Origin: an uncultured Chloroflexia bacterium
GTDB taxonomy: Bacteria; Chloroflexota; Chloroflexia; QHBQ01; JADMIH01
Length of the DNA stretch: 64,000 nt
Assembly (NCBI GenBank): GCA_963797095.1
Contig: CAWCNY010000002.1
Span: 1 to 64,000 of the forward strand
Direction: 5' to 3'
The position numbers and the translations under genes were made by a program. The notes beneath the pieces were generated by a model. That model was not told where the DNA came from, made no database searches, and was given only the letters and a program-made list of their open reading frames with translations. Positions 19,651 through 30,137 of the stretch are shown piece by piece; position 1 is the stretch's first letter; each line of letters begins with the position of its first letter.

Positions 19651-21257
19651 TACTCCCTCACCAGTGGCAGCACCAGCGAATGCGGTCCACCGTGCCCCCG
19701 CGCCAATTCCGACCCCTTTACTTTCAACACCCATTTCTCCTCGTCGTCCAGGCTCAATGTCACATCCCCCGTTTGCACATCGTTGATATCGATCACCCTG
19801 TAACCTCTCTGCGCAAGTTCGGCGATGGTGCGATCCGCCGACCTGTAAATTATCACCTTACCCGGCGCGACGGTCAGCAAGTTCACCGCGCTGAACCACT
19901 GTTCCCTCTGCTGGTCGGTGGGATCTTGCCCTCCACACAGGATGGGTGTCAGGTCAATCCCGTCCTTGCGCAGGCTTTCGAAGAAATCCGCCGATCTGCT
20001 TGGCCTCACAGGGCCTTCCCCCAACTCTACCCGCACCACATCCACCGAGGCCGGGCCGTATGGCTCAAATACGGGCGGGTAGATCACGCACTCAGACAGG
20101 CTGATCACCCCCAGCACGCTATCCAGGTGGTTGAACCCGGCGGGTAGGCGTAACACATACAGAACGACCTTCCGCCCATCCTTGATCGCCTGCGCGCGCC
20201 ATATATCCGCAAGCCTCTGCACCGATTCCATGCTGGTGCGCTCTCCCACTCCCAGCACGGTCAGGTCATCGCGCAGTTGCACCACGTTACCCCCCTCCAT
20301 GTACAGCAAAGGAGAGGTGGCTATAGGCCATGCCGGGTCGTTCACCCGCGCATCGGCCCATGTCCAGCGAGGCACGTCCCTAAATCGTGGGTGATTCTCG
20401 TGCACAAAGTCGAGCAGGAGCGGCTCTCGCGTGCGCCCCGGCCCTGCCATCCGGCCCATCAGCAGCCCATTGCCCACTACAGTGCCAACGTCATGTATGA
20501 ACATCAGGTTGGGGAGGGGAGTCAAATAGAAAAGCTTGCCCTCGATGAACCGCCTCAGCGCGTCGGTGTCTTCCTCGGCTATAGGCAGGCCCTTGCCGGG
20601 TCTTCGATCATGTCCGTTGTCCTGCGGCCCCGGCCTTTGAGAGGGAGACACGCCACCCACCCTCGATTCTATGCCCTCCACCAACTCCTCGGCCAGCGAT
20701 GAGAAATCGCCCGCTTCGCACCATCTAGCCAGCCGGTTTTGCAGGTATGTAAGCTCATCTACATCTTCAACGGCAAGAGGCTTCGTAATAGTACGCTTGC
20801 CTCCCGGCCCGCTGGTCCGCAGTTGCGCCAGCAATCCCGGTAATGAGCCGGGCGCTGCTGCCTCAGGGTCGCCTTCAGGGTCTTGCATGTACTGAGGCCA
20901 CCCATGCCCTTGAAACCACCTTACCATCACCTCAAGCTGCCCGATCCTTTGTTCCACGGGCGGCATATCCTGTTCCAATAGCCGCACTTGCGAGATCAGC
21001 CTGTCTCGTTCTTCATCACTAGCTGCTGCCAGCGCCTCGGTCAGCAGCGTCTCGAACCTGTGGATCTTCACCCCCAGGTGATTTTGCAGCACATCGGCCA
21101 GCCAGTCGTGCTCCTGCTGGGCGTGCTCGTCGAAAAGGAGATCGTCAAAGAGGAAATAATCGCGGGTGGAAGGGGTCATCCGCACCAGTTCCCGTCCGGG
21201 CCGGTGCATAATCGCCTCGCGGAGGCGTCCGTATTCGGAGGTAATTCTCACGTTCAT
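19650..21257 (-). CDS. Arginine deiminase-like paralogue lacking the catalytic Cys
   Basis: TSEYGRL, FLFDD, MEGGN, NHLDS, EQWFSAVN, GHGGPHSLVLP. Confidence 0.85.
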   Translation of the reverse strand: MNVRITSEYGRLREAIMHRPGRELVRMTPSTRDYFLFDDLLFDEHAQQEHDWLADVLQNHLGVKIHRFETLLTEALAAASDEERDRLISQVRLLEQDMPPVEQRIGQLEVMVRWFQGHGWPQYMQDPEGDPEAAAPGSLPGLLAQLRTSGPGGKRTITKPLAVEDVDELTYLQNRLARWCEAGDFSSLAEELVEGIESRVGGVSPSQRPGPQDNGHDRRPGKGLPIAEEDTDALRRFIEGKLFYLTPLPNLMFIHDVGTVVGNGLLMGRMAGPGRTREPLLLDFVHENHPRFRDVPRWTWADARVNDPAWPIATSPLLYMEGGNVVQLRDDLTVLGVGERTSMESVQRLADIWRAQAIKDGRKVVLYVLRLPAGFNHLDSVLGVISLSECVIYPPVFEPYGPASVDVVRVELGEGPVRPSRSADFFESLRKDGIDLTPILCGGQDPTDQQREQWFSAVNLLTVAPGKVIIYRSADRTIAELAQRGYRVIDINDVQTGDVTLSLDDEEKWVLKVKGSELARGHGGPHSLVLPLVRE

Positions 21258-21427
21258 GGCAATCTACGACGCTGTAGTATCCTGTGGGCTGGGCCAGCCT
21301 GCTCAGAAGCATCTCGACCATTTTACCGTACTTGCCACTCCCCCGCCATACACAACCCGTCAGCGCATGTTCAGACCTGCGGTGAATCTTCTCCACCTGG
21401 ATCTGAATGCTCGCACCCCTCAATACG

Positions 21428-22315
21428 CTATGAAAGCTCAGGATTGCCCTCTCTCCCTGGCGCGGCCCGAAAATCGCCCGATCTGCTCGGGTAAGTTGCG
21501 GGGTCAAATATATCAAAGCTCCCCGGCCCGGGCAAAGTAATACTCAAGCAATGCAAAGCCAGGCGCACCCACATCCGCTCCCTCAATTGCTCGATATCCT
21601 GATACCCCGCGCACCCCAAAAAGCGCCCCCACAACTCCGGCGGATAATACCACCAGAGCAACGCTCCCAGGTCCAGCGCCGGGTCATCAAGCCCCATTGC
21701 ATCCAGGTCTACAAGGTAAATGCGCCCATCCGTCGCGAATATCCAGTTGTCCCAGCAAATATCTCCGTGCGAGGCCACCAACCCATCGCCCTCGAATTGT
21801 CCTATCTTCTGCTCAAGCCGGTCAAGCGAAGCCTCAACAAAATCGGCCACCTCAGCCGCAGCCCCGTCCCTAACCTGCTCCCAGCGAGCCTGCACCCGCC
21901 CTACTGCCCGAATCCCCGCCTCTGCATACCCCTCCGGCACCACAGGGAGCAGCACGCCCAGCACACCCGGCGCGCGATGCATCTCACCTACGATACGCGC
22001 CACATTCTCCAATCTTTCCCTGTAATCCAGGCGGTCAGGATGCTTTCCATCGATAAACTCTTGTACCACCACAACACTTCTATCCTCAAGCGCCTCAACT
22101 CCCACCACAGGCGGACAAAGTCCCACCTCCGACATAGCAAGCACCCGCCCAACATCCGCCCCCACCTTAATAAACCAACGCCTCTCTCCATCGTAAGCCA
22201 CATAAGTCTCCTGCCCGCTCCCGCGCGGCAAAGCCAGGCTCCACCCCAGCGTACCCGAAGTCCGCTCCAGGCAAGCCCCAACCTCAACCTCATGCAGGCG
22301 ACGCTCAAACCCCAT
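21428..22315 (-). CDS. Aminoglycoside phosphotransferase / choline kinase family
   Basis: HGDICWDN, LVDLD, DPALDLG; start uncertain (ORF open to 22537). Confidence 0.75.
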   Translation of the reverse strand: MGFERRLHEVEVGACLERTSGTLGWSLALPRGSGQETYVAYDGERRWFIKVGADVGRVLAMSEVGLCPPVVGVEALEDRSVVVVQEFIDGKHPDRLDYRERLENVARIVGEMHRAPGVLGVLLPVVPEGYAEAGIRAVGRVQARWEQVRDGAAAEVADFVEASLDRLEQKIGQFEGDGLVASHGDICWDNWIFATDGRIYLVDLDAMGLDDPALDLGALLWWYYPPELWGRFLGCAGYQDIEQLRERMWVRLALHCLSITLPGPGSFDIFDPATYPSRSGDFRAAPGREGNPELS

Positions 22316-22520
22316 CCCCAACAAATCCCCTACCCCCAAAAACCACCCGAAAGTACACCCCAAAACCTGTCCAGTTTTCCCCCACCAATGCCTTATAGTT
22401 CCCCACCAATGCCTAATAGTTAATGAGGGCAAGACCAGCTGTATAACCCCACAAACACCAGAATCTCGATCAACCACTGCCCAAAGGTCCACACACTCTA
22501 AGCCAATAGTCCGAACCGGC

Positions 22521-22560
22521 CACTCGTCACTCGTCACTCGTCACTCGTCACTCGTCACTC
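22521..22560. repeat. Heptamer tandem repeat (CACTCGT) x~5.7 overlapping the permease stop codon
   Basis: Read directly from the sequence. Confidence 0.9.
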
Positions 22561-25500
22561 ATACCGCAACGCCTCAGCCGGGTAGATGTTCGCCGCTTGA
22601 CGAGCCGGGGCCACCGTCGTCACAAGCGACACCAGGTAAGCCACCCCGATGATCAGGATAAGTTGCCCCCAGGGCGCTTGCCAGGTAAGTGTAGGCGAGT
22701 CGTTCTTGAGGAACTGCACAAAGTTCCACGAAGTAATGAGGCCAAGCCCGGTGCCGACCAGTATGCCCAGCAGAGCGATGAACGACGACTCCAACAGGAA
22801 GGATGTGCCAACCATGCCACGCTGATAACCGATCGCCCTCAATACCCCTATCTGCTGGCGGCGTTCCACTACGGCCCGCGTACTGATCACACCCAGCGCC
22901 GCCACTCCAACCAGCAGGCCAAGCGCCATAAAACCCTGCAACAGCCCGTTTAGTGTATCGCCTGCTGCCTGCTGCTGCCGGATCGTATCCGAAATCACCG
23001 TAGGCTCAAGCCCATTGTTGAGGAAGGCTGTGCCTAGAGCACGGCGCAACTGCCCGGCATCCTCTCCTGGCTTGATGCGGAAGAAATATGTGCTGGGAGC
23101 TACGGGCACGCTCGGCGGTGCCACCTGTGAAGCCAGCGCCCTGTTCACATACATCCCGGTGTAGAACTGAGCATCCCGGCTCAACACCCCGATCACCTTC
23201 ACCTTGACCGTGGGCGCGTTCGGCAAACCGGGCACTCTCATCTCGATCTCCGGAACCTTTGTCATCACAGGCTTGTTCGGGTCGACTCCCGTGATCACGA
23301 ACGTACCACCGGCCCCGCCGAAAGTGGCTGTGGCCTGTCCGATGATCACAGGCAGACTATCCACCACCACCAGTGTGGGGTCTTTGGCAACCGCCTCCCA
23401 GACCTCACGGTCCGAGTTGTACCCCTCGGCTCGCATACCTAGCTCAAACTCGTTGTTGTTGATAAACTCATCGTCCACCAGCCGCGCGTTATAGTACCGC
23501 CACCCTGCCGCCAGGTCGGGGTTGTTTGCCAGTTGCTGCTGGTTACGAGTGTTGCTGGTGGTAGTAATCCCGTTTGTCTGGAGCATCTCCATCGGCACAA
23601 GCGTCTGCCCCGTCACCGACGCGAACTTCCCGCTCAGGTTGGGGTTGGCAGCTATAGCGGCGTTGATGTCAGGGATGGGATTGGAGTAAGACGCTGCGGC
23701 CTGTATCTGGTAGCCGCCTGTAATGTTGGGCTTGTTGGGGTCTGCCTGCTGGTTCAGATTCGTCAGTACCGACATCAGGATCAGCACGAACATGATCAGG
23801 GCGAACATGGCAATCGCCATCCCCGTGCGGAAAATAGCCGCCGCCGGGTAAGCCACCGCCGTCTTGAGCACCGGCCTCATGCGGCCAACTCGCCCAAGGA
23901 GCATGCTCATCACTCCCAGCAGGATATCGGTGTTGTAGATGATCACCCACACAGCCCCGGCAACCATAGCGAGGCCCGCCACGAAAAAATACTCGATGCC
24001 AAGCCCGAAGGCCGGGATGCCGAACCAAGCGTGCAGGGTATCGACCGGCAAGGCCCAGTAGATCACCAGCAACAGACCTGTGATCGTATAAGCGATGCGG
24101 TCTCGGCGTGCCGGGCGCACTCTGCGGCGCGCCAGGAACCATCGTATCGAGAAGCCGAAACCAATGATGAAGAGCGTGGCTCCTGTATGGAAGAAGAAGC
24201 CACCATCGGTCCACCAACCAAGGGCCATAAGGAGGACACCCAGCGTGCACGCTACCGGCCCGCTGAAAAAGACCGCCAGCAGCAGACCAATAAACGCTCC
24301 TATACATCCCATAGGCTGACCCGCGCCCAACAAATCAAAAGGCTCGATTAACCGGTCAAGAAGCCGCTTCTCAGGCTTGGGCGCGTCCGGGATGTCGCGA
24401 ATAGCCGCCACGATGTTGAGCCGGGACACCCGCACAGCCGAGACCGCCACCGTCAGGAATGTGACGAGCATTCCCAGGCAGTAGGCCACGATGATCGAGC
24501 GAATCTCGATGTGTGGAGTGAGATTGAAACCGAACGAGCCGAACACACCGGAGATGAGGCCGACCATCGCGAAGCCAACGCCTACACCGAGGGCCGCACC
24601 AACGGCGGCAGCCGCCAGATCGTAGGCCATTCCCTCGAACACAAACATCTGAGTAAGCTGGCCGCGCTGAGTGCCGATAGCGCGGGCCATGCCCATTTCG
24701 CTCTTGCGCTCAGCGGCCAGCATTGTAAAGATAAGGAAGATAAGAAGCACCCCGGCGGCGATGGAGAAGAGCGCCGTGCCCAGGAAGATGGTGGTAAAGA
24801 GATTGCCGATCAGGTTGGCGGTGTCCAGGTTGTCCTGCTTCACCTCCGAGATGCTGTAGATGCTCGTATCCAGGATGGTTTTCAACTTATCCGACACTTC
24901 ATCGCTGTACTTTAGCCCATCCAACTCACCGCCCTTCAACGAGATGTTGATAACGCTGATCTGTCCTGGGCTGTTATACAGTTGCTGCATATCGCTCAGT
25001 GTGATGAAGCACACCGGATACTGGCTGCTAGGTGAGGCAATACCGAGGATGTCGCGCACGGTGAAGGTCATCGTCTGCCCGTTCACCACAATGTTGACCT
25101 TGTGCCCTATCTGCGCATTGAGCTTGTCGGCGGCAGACTTGTCAAGCAGGACCTGGCCCGACTGGAGATCAGCCGGGTTGAACGATCCCCCGGCCAGGGT
25201 GGTAAAGTCTCCTGTGGTCTGGCGGGCATCGGCGGTAATACCCGTGACGAAGGTTTGCCCCGATCCCTGTTGCGAATCCGTATCGATCAAGGGACCAATC
25301 TGCTGTAACTCGGCAGACCAACCATCGATCAGGTCGTCATTGCCCCATTTGGTCTTGAGCTGATCCAGGAAGCTTGCGTCAAAGGTAGGCTGAGGTCGGT
25401 TGAAGTCGGGCGGGCCGTTAAAGGCAATGATCGGGTTGACCTTCTCAATCGTGATGTCCGTGCCACCAAGCCCTGCCGTGAAGGCCTGGCGCATCGAGTA

Positions 25501-25731
25501 GGTCATCGTGTCGCCCGTACCGAAGGCTGCCGTAATCAGCAGTGTTGCAAGCATAAGCCCGAACACGATCAGCACCGTTTGCGCCCGCCGTCGTGGTATG
25601 TTCCGCAGCGCCAACCGCAAAATTAATGGGTTTCGCCACGCGAAAAATGCCAGGAACGCGAGCACGATAATGCTGATCACCAGCATGACTATCATGATCA
25701 CGTCCATCGAAAGGCCAAATACGGTTTCCAT
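22555..25731 (-). CDS. FtsX/MacB-type ABC transporter permease
   Basis: ERKSEMGMARAIG and ERRQQIGVLRAIG FtsX motifs, PAEALRYE terminus. Confidence 0.92.
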   Translation of the reverse strand: METVFGLSMDVIMIVMLVISIIVLAFLAFFAWRNPLILRLALRNIPRRRAQTVLIVFGLMLATLLITAAFGTGDTMTYSMRQAFTAGLGGTDITIEKVNPIIAFNGPPDFNRPQPTFDASFLDQLKTKWGNDDLIDGWSAELQQIGPLIDTDSQQGSGQTFVTGITADARQTTGDFTTLAGGSFNPADLQSGQVLLDKSAADKLNAQIGHKVNIVVNGQTMTFTVRDILGIASPSSQYPVCFITLSDMQQLYNSPGQISVINISLKGGELDGLKYSDEVSDKLKTILDTSIYSISEVKQDNLDTANLIGNLFTTIFLGTALFSIAAGVLLIFLIFTMLAAERKSEMGMARAIGTQRGQLTQMFVFEGMAYDLAAAAVGAALGVGVGFAMVGLISGVFGSFGFNLTPHIEIRSIIVAYCLGMLVTFLTVAVSAVRVSRLNIVAAIRDIPDAPKPEKRLLDRLIEPFDLLGAGQPMGCIGAFIGLLLAVFFSGPVACTLGVLLMALGWWTDGGFFFHTGATLFIIGFGFSIRWFLARRRVRPARRDRIAYTITGLLLVIYWALPVDTLHAWFGIPAFGLGIEYFFVAGLAMVAGAVWVIIYNTDILLGVMSMLLGRVGRMRPVLKTAVAYPAAAIFRTGMAIAMFALIMFVLILMSVLTNLNQQADPNKPNITGGYQIQAAASYSNPIPDINAAIAANPNLSGKFASVTGQTLVPMEMLQTNGITTTSNTRNQQQLANNPDLAAGWRYYNARLVDDEFINNNEFELGMRAEGYNSDREVWEAVAKDPTLVVVDSLPVIIGQATATFGGAGGTFVITGVDPNKPVMTKVPEIEMRVPGLPNAPTVKVKVIGVLSRDAQFYTGMYVNRALASQVAPPSVPVAPSTYFFRIKPGEDAGQLRRALGTAFLNNGLEPTVISDTIRQQQAAGDTLNGLLQGFMALGLLVGVAALGVISTRAVVERRQQIGVLRAIGYQRGMVGTSFLLESSFIALLGILVGTGLGLITSWNFVQFLKNDSPTLTWQAPWGQLILIIGVAYLVSLVTTVAPARQAANIYPAEALRYE

Positions 25732-25882
25732 AGACTCTCCCCTGCCGAACCTGTCGGAGCATGGCCCGGTACACGAAGAAACGAAGAGTGTCGAAGATCA
25801 CGAAGCTAAATAAGTACCCTGATCAATTCTTCGTGTTCTTCTTATCTCCTTCGTTTCTTCGTGTACAAACAAAATCGGATAA

Positions 25883-26746
25883 TTATCGAACCGCAGTAGT
25901 GGGCTCGCCGAGCGACTCTGGTGCGCCAAGCCCATAATCCTCGATGTGGCCGTCGCGCATCCTAATGATGCGGTTGGCCATCGCCCCTATCTCCGCCGCA
26001 TGTGTAACCAGCACGAAGGTCTGGCGGTTTTCGCGGTTGAGACGGACCAGCAGGTCCATTATCTCGGCGGAGGTCTCGCTGTCAAGGTCGCCCGTCGGCT
26101 CGTCCGCCCAGATGATAGAGGGGTTGTTGGCAAGCGCGCGCGCTATCGTCACGCGCTGCTGCTGCCCTCCCGATAACTCTGCCGGGCGGTGGTTCAGCCT
26201 ATCGCTTAACGACACCATCTCCAACGCATCCATGGCGCGCTTGCGCGCATCGGCAGCCGACCTACCTGACACCAGCATCGGCAATTCCACGTTCTCCACA
26301 GCGGAAAGCACGGGCAGCAGATTGTAAAATTGGAAGACAAAGCCCATCTTGCGCGCTCGCAGGTCGGTCTTCTGGCGGTCGCTCATCGATTGGAGCGGGA
26401 TGCCGTCTATCTTGATCTCGCCCGAATCGATGCTATCCAGGCCGGTCAGGCAGTTCAGAAGGGTGGTCTTGCCGCACCCGGAAGGGCCCATAATCGCGGC
26501 CATCTCGCCACGCACAATCTGGAGGTCAATGCCACGCAAGGCATGTACCTGCACGCTCCCCGTGTCATATGTCTTATGCACCCCACGTGCTCCCACAATG
26601 ATATCCAGGGGTGCCTGGGGCATATTGGGCATAGGCATAGGCAGAGTCTGAGCGCCTGGGTTCGTACCATCGATGTTCATGTGCGTTGCATTCTCCTTCC
26701 CTCGTGCGCAATTGAGAGCGGGTGTGTTCATTCCCGTATATACCAA
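25883..26746 (-). CDS. ABC transporter ATP-binding protein (LolD/MacB type); true start probably downstream of 26746
   Basis: [22 protein letters not shown]. Confidence 0.93.
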   Translation of the reverse strand: MVYTGMNTPALNCARGKENATHMNIDGTNPGAQTLPMPMPNMPQAPLDIIVGARGVHKTYDTGSVQVHALRGIDLQIVRGEMAAIMGPSGCGKTTLLNCLTGLDSIDSGEIKIDGIPLQSMSDRQKTDLRARKMGFVFQFYNLLPVLSAVENVELPMLVSGRSAADARKRAMDALEMVSLSDRLNHRPAELSGGQQQRVTIARALANNPSIIWADEPTGDLDSETSAEIMDLLVRLNRENRQTFVLVTHAAEIGAMANRIIRMRDGHIEDYGLGAPESLGEPTTAVR

Positions 26747-26844
26747 CGATAATCATACGGAATTTCTTGGTCCTGCGTTTCATAAAGACGTGGAACATTA
26801 TAACAGGTCATGAAATAATAAACAGGATTAGCCCCCTTCTTTGG

Positions 26845-26885
26845 AGCAAACAAAAAGGGCCTTAGCACGGCCCTTTTTGTTTGCT
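26845..26885. terminator. Intrinsic terminator, probably bidirectional
   Basis: agcaaacaaaaagggcc-ttagcac-ggccctttttgtttgct, perfect 17-bp stem. Confidence 0.85.
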
Positions 26886-26893
26886 TTCCTTTC

Positions 26894-28696
26894 TCAGGGG
26901 AGCCATCCACGCACTCGTAATAGATCCACACCCAACAACCCCAGCAATACGCGGGATTCTGGCGATACCTCTGGGTGGTATTCCAGGCGACTGCGCTCGA
27001 AATATTGCACCAGGTATGGCTTCCCGTCGGTTTTGTTCGGCTCCACGAACGGTTCCGAGATCGGATATCCGTACACTGCCAACCCGCCATGCTCTTGCCA
27101 GTATTGCGCAAGCTCAGGCGCGAGCGTATGCCCTGTCTCCTTGAAGTAGATTACCCCGGCCTGCGTGGGCGCTGGCACAGGTTGGAACGCGGCTTCACTC
27201 TCGCGTCCTTTAGTCACCTCGCGACCCAACAATCCCAGCAACACGTCATAAGGAGGGCTGTTCTGAGGATGCCACTCCATACGCGCGCGCTCGAACCACT
27301 GAGTCGTATACACTTTCCCATCGGTCAGCGAAACTTCCTCATACTGCTCGGTAATTGGATAACCGAACTGCGCCAGCCCACCGTGCTCCAGCCAGTAGTC
27401 CTTAAACCCACCCAACAGGGTATGCCCCACCAACGGGAAATACATTATGCCGGAATGATGGGGATCGGGTAGACGCTGGGTCGGCGGCGGCGTAGAAGGC
27501 GGCGGGAGCGTTGGAACAGCCGTTGCCACGGGAGGCGGTAGTTGCGTTCCGTACCCATAAGCCAGCATAATCCCCGATCCGACCGCCAGCACGTGGCTCT
27601 CATCGAACGCGCTGACAGAGACAAGCACCGGATTGCCCGGCTGATGCCCCAGGTCAGGCAGCGTCTCATTGTGCCAGGCCCCATCGTGATAGTGTATGAT
27701 CAGCGGACCCCCAATCGACCCATCGGTGATGCTTCTGTACCCGCCCACGGCCCAGCCGTTATTCGCGTCGGTGAAAGTCACGCTGTTCAATATGGCAGGC
27801 ACGATAGGATCGCCGGGCGCACCCACAATAGTCTGATCAGGCAGCACTGCCGACCACACACCATCCCTTCTATGTGCCGCAAATATCTCCGAGCCACAGG
27901 TGGCACAAGGCGACCTCCATCCAACTGCCCACCCCTCGTCCGCACTGATGGCGCGCACCGCCATGTACCCGCCAATACAGGTTGTGTCCGGACACCAGGG
28001 CGGCAAAGTCTCGCTTGACCACGTGCCATCGTGGTAATGCCATATACCCGAAAAACTGACTGCCAAGCCTCCATCTGCTGTAAAGTGCAAGCCTGTGATC
28101 GGGTCCTCTCCGTCTATACCCGGCACTTGCTCCCATTGGCCTCCGCTGTAATGGAGGATAATAGGCCGCCAGGGCCTGTTAGGATTGGCCTGCCCGGGCC
28201 ATATACCTCCAGCCGCCCAACCTTCACCGCCATCGCCCAACATCTGGATGGTGGCGATAGAGGCGTTCACAGGCGGAAAACTCACGGGACGCCATTCCTG
28301 CCCATCGTAATGCACGATCCCTTTGGGGCCTGCCGCCCAGATATTGTCGTCTGAAATCACCGCCAGCTTGCCAATCTCCATATCATGTACGATATCCTGC
28401 TTCACAACCTGCCAGCTTGAACCATCCCAATGCACCTTCGTAACACATGAAGTGTTGTCGATCCCGCTCGATACCCAGGCGGTGTTCTGGTCCGTCATAA
28501 ACACATTGCCTGCTTCGCACAGACGCAGGTTGTAAGGGTATGACCACACACCCGATCCGGTCTGCGCCACAGCAGACGGAACAACCAGCGAAGTGGCAAT
28601 ACCCGAAGTCGCCACCATAAGAACGAGAATCAAAGAGCTAATCAGACGAAAATTACTCATAGTGGGCCTCCCGCGCGCAATCCAAAGCGCCACCAA
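26894..28696 (-). CDS. Secreted beta-propeller-like protein with Chloroflexota-type C-terminal YFxxTGH...QxFER repeats
   Basis: Signal peptide, repeated GWAVG/HYDG.W blades, Pro-rich linker, two GGLAxFGYPI..FER repeats. Confidence 0.75.
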   Translation of the reverse strand: MVALWIARGRPTMSNFRLISSLILVLMVATSGIATSLVVPSAVAQTGSGVWSYPYNLRLCEAGNVFMTDQNTAWVSSGIDNTSCVTKVHWDGSSWQVVKQDIVHDMEIGKLAVISDDNIWAAGPKGIVHYDGQEWRPVSFPPVNASIATIQMLGDGGEGWAAGGIWPGQANPNRPWRPIILHYSGGQWEQVPGIDGEDPITGLHFTADGGLAVSFSGIWHYHDGTWSSETLPPWCPDTTCIGGYMAVRAISADEGWAVGWRSPCATCGSEIFAAHRRDGVWSAVLPDQTIVGAPGDPIVPAILNSVTFTDANNGWAVGGYRSITDGSIGGPLIIHYHDGAWHNETLPDLGHQPGNPVLVSVSAFDESHVLAVGSGIMLAYGYGTQLPPPVATAVPTLPPPSTPPPTQRLPDPHHSGIMYFPLVGHTLLGGFKDYWLEHGGLAQFGYPITEQYEEVSLTDGKVYTTQWFERARMEWHPQNSPPYDVLLGLLGREVTKGRESEAAFQPVPAPTQAGVIYFKETGHTLAPELAQYWQEHGGLAVYGYPISEPFVEPNKTDGKPYLVQYFERSRLEYHPEVSPESRVLLGLLGVDLLRVRGWLP

Positions 28697-28765
28697 CTGA
28701 CCGGAATCTCTTTCCGCCCCATTACTATGACGTCTGATACAATTGCAGGTTCTGTCTGGAAGCCG

Positions 28766-30013
28766 TTATTCAGCCCCCGGCTGTAGCCTCAGTCCGGCGC
28801 GTTCTCGCCTCAATAGAAGAGGCGCGGACACAGCAGCGGCCAGCAGGCAAATACCCCCGGCAACCAGCGGAGGCGTAAGCAGTCCCGCGCCATCGGCGAT
28901 CAGGCTGAACAGCAGCGGGCCCGCCGCGAACCCGATAGACCCCGCCAGGTTGAAGCCGCCCATCGCTACCCCGCGCTCGCTCTTGCCCGCGTAATCGCCC
29001 ACCAGCGCGATAGAAGGTGGATAGAGCACCGCCCCGCTAAGCCCGCCAATCGCCATCACCACATACAGCATTTCAGGTGATACCCGCCCCAACAGCAACA
29101 ACATCAACCCGTAGACGACCGTGCCCGCAAGCATAGGCCGCACCCGCCCCAACCTGTCCGACAGCACTCCACCCAGCGGCGAGAATAGCGCGAAGCCCGC
29201 CAGGAACACCGCCAGGTAAATGCCCGTTTGAGATGCCTTCAGCCCGTAAACCTGGGCCGCCAGCACCGGAAACTGCCCCACGAAGAAACCTACCGTCAGC
29301 CTATCAAGCAGCGAAAAGGCATAGGGGATATACAAACGTGGGTTGCGCCGCACAGTCGCCAGCGCATCCTGCACCGAAAAGGCATGCGTAACGGTCGGCG
29401 TATCACGTACCAACAGCACCACAGCCGCCGCCATAGCCAGCAAGAGCGATCCGCCCAAAAGAAACGGCGCATCATAGCCAACATTGGTAGCCAGCACGCC
29501 CCCCAACGGCGCACCACCGGCGTTCCCTATCAACATGCCCAGCGTGAACACACCAAGCGTCATCCCGCGCCGCGAGCTTGGGGCCATATCGAGCGCCATC
29601 GTCATCAGCATTGACACCACAGCGATAGCGAACGAGCCTTCTATAAACCTCGCAAGGTAAAGCAGCCAGATATTCGGCACGTAAGGGATGATGAAGTACA
29701 TCACACCTTGCCCCACCACCCCCATCAGCAGAAACGGCTTGCGCTTGCCGCGCCTGTCCGACAGCGCACCCCATACAAACGCGAACGGAATGTAAGCCGC
29801 GAAGTGAAACGTAGTGAACAGACCCTTGGCCGTATTCTCCAGGCCGAGGTTGGCCCCGCCCTCCGGCAGCAGCCTCCCCACGAACCCGTCCAGCTGTGCT
29901 ACCGGCAGGGTAAGGGTGAACATAGCCACCAACATCACTACCGCCAGCAAGATCAACTGCCCAACATTCAGCCTTTCAGGCTCTGTATCTCCCTCTGCAC
30001 TCATCTTTTGCAT
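28766..30013 (-). CDS. MFS transporter
   Basis: GALSDRRGKRK and GVLSDRLGR motif A, about 12 hydrophobic segments. Confidence 0.9.
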   Translation of the reverse strand: MQKMSAEGDTEPERLNVGQLILLAVVMLVAMFTLTLPVAQLDGFVGRLLPEGGANLGLENTAKGLFTTFHFAAYIPFAFVWGALSDRRGKRKPFLLMGVVGQGVMYFIIPYVPNIWLLYLARFIEGSFAIAVVSMLMTMALDMAPSSRRGMTLGVFTLGMLIGNAGGAPLGGVLATNVGYDAPFLLGGSLLLAMAAAVVLLVRDTPTVTHAFSVQDALATVRRNPRLYIPYAFSLLDRLTVGFFVGQFPVLAAQVYGLKASQTGIYLAVFLAGFALFSPLGGVLSDRLGRVRPMLAGTVVYGLMLLLLGRVSPEMLYVVMAIGGLSGAVLYPPSIALVGDYAGKSERGVAMGGFNLAGSIGFAAGPLLFSLIADGAGLLTPPLVAGGICLLAAAVSAPLLLRRERAGLRLQPGAE

Positions 30014-30137
30014 TGTCGTCCCATCCCACCTCGATATAAACGCCTCAATAACCCGGCAGCCTACCTCAATATATCAGTAAACCCGCCCACCTTCAATGAT
30101 CGGTCGTCTCCATCCTTTTCTTTTGCTATACTTCGTT

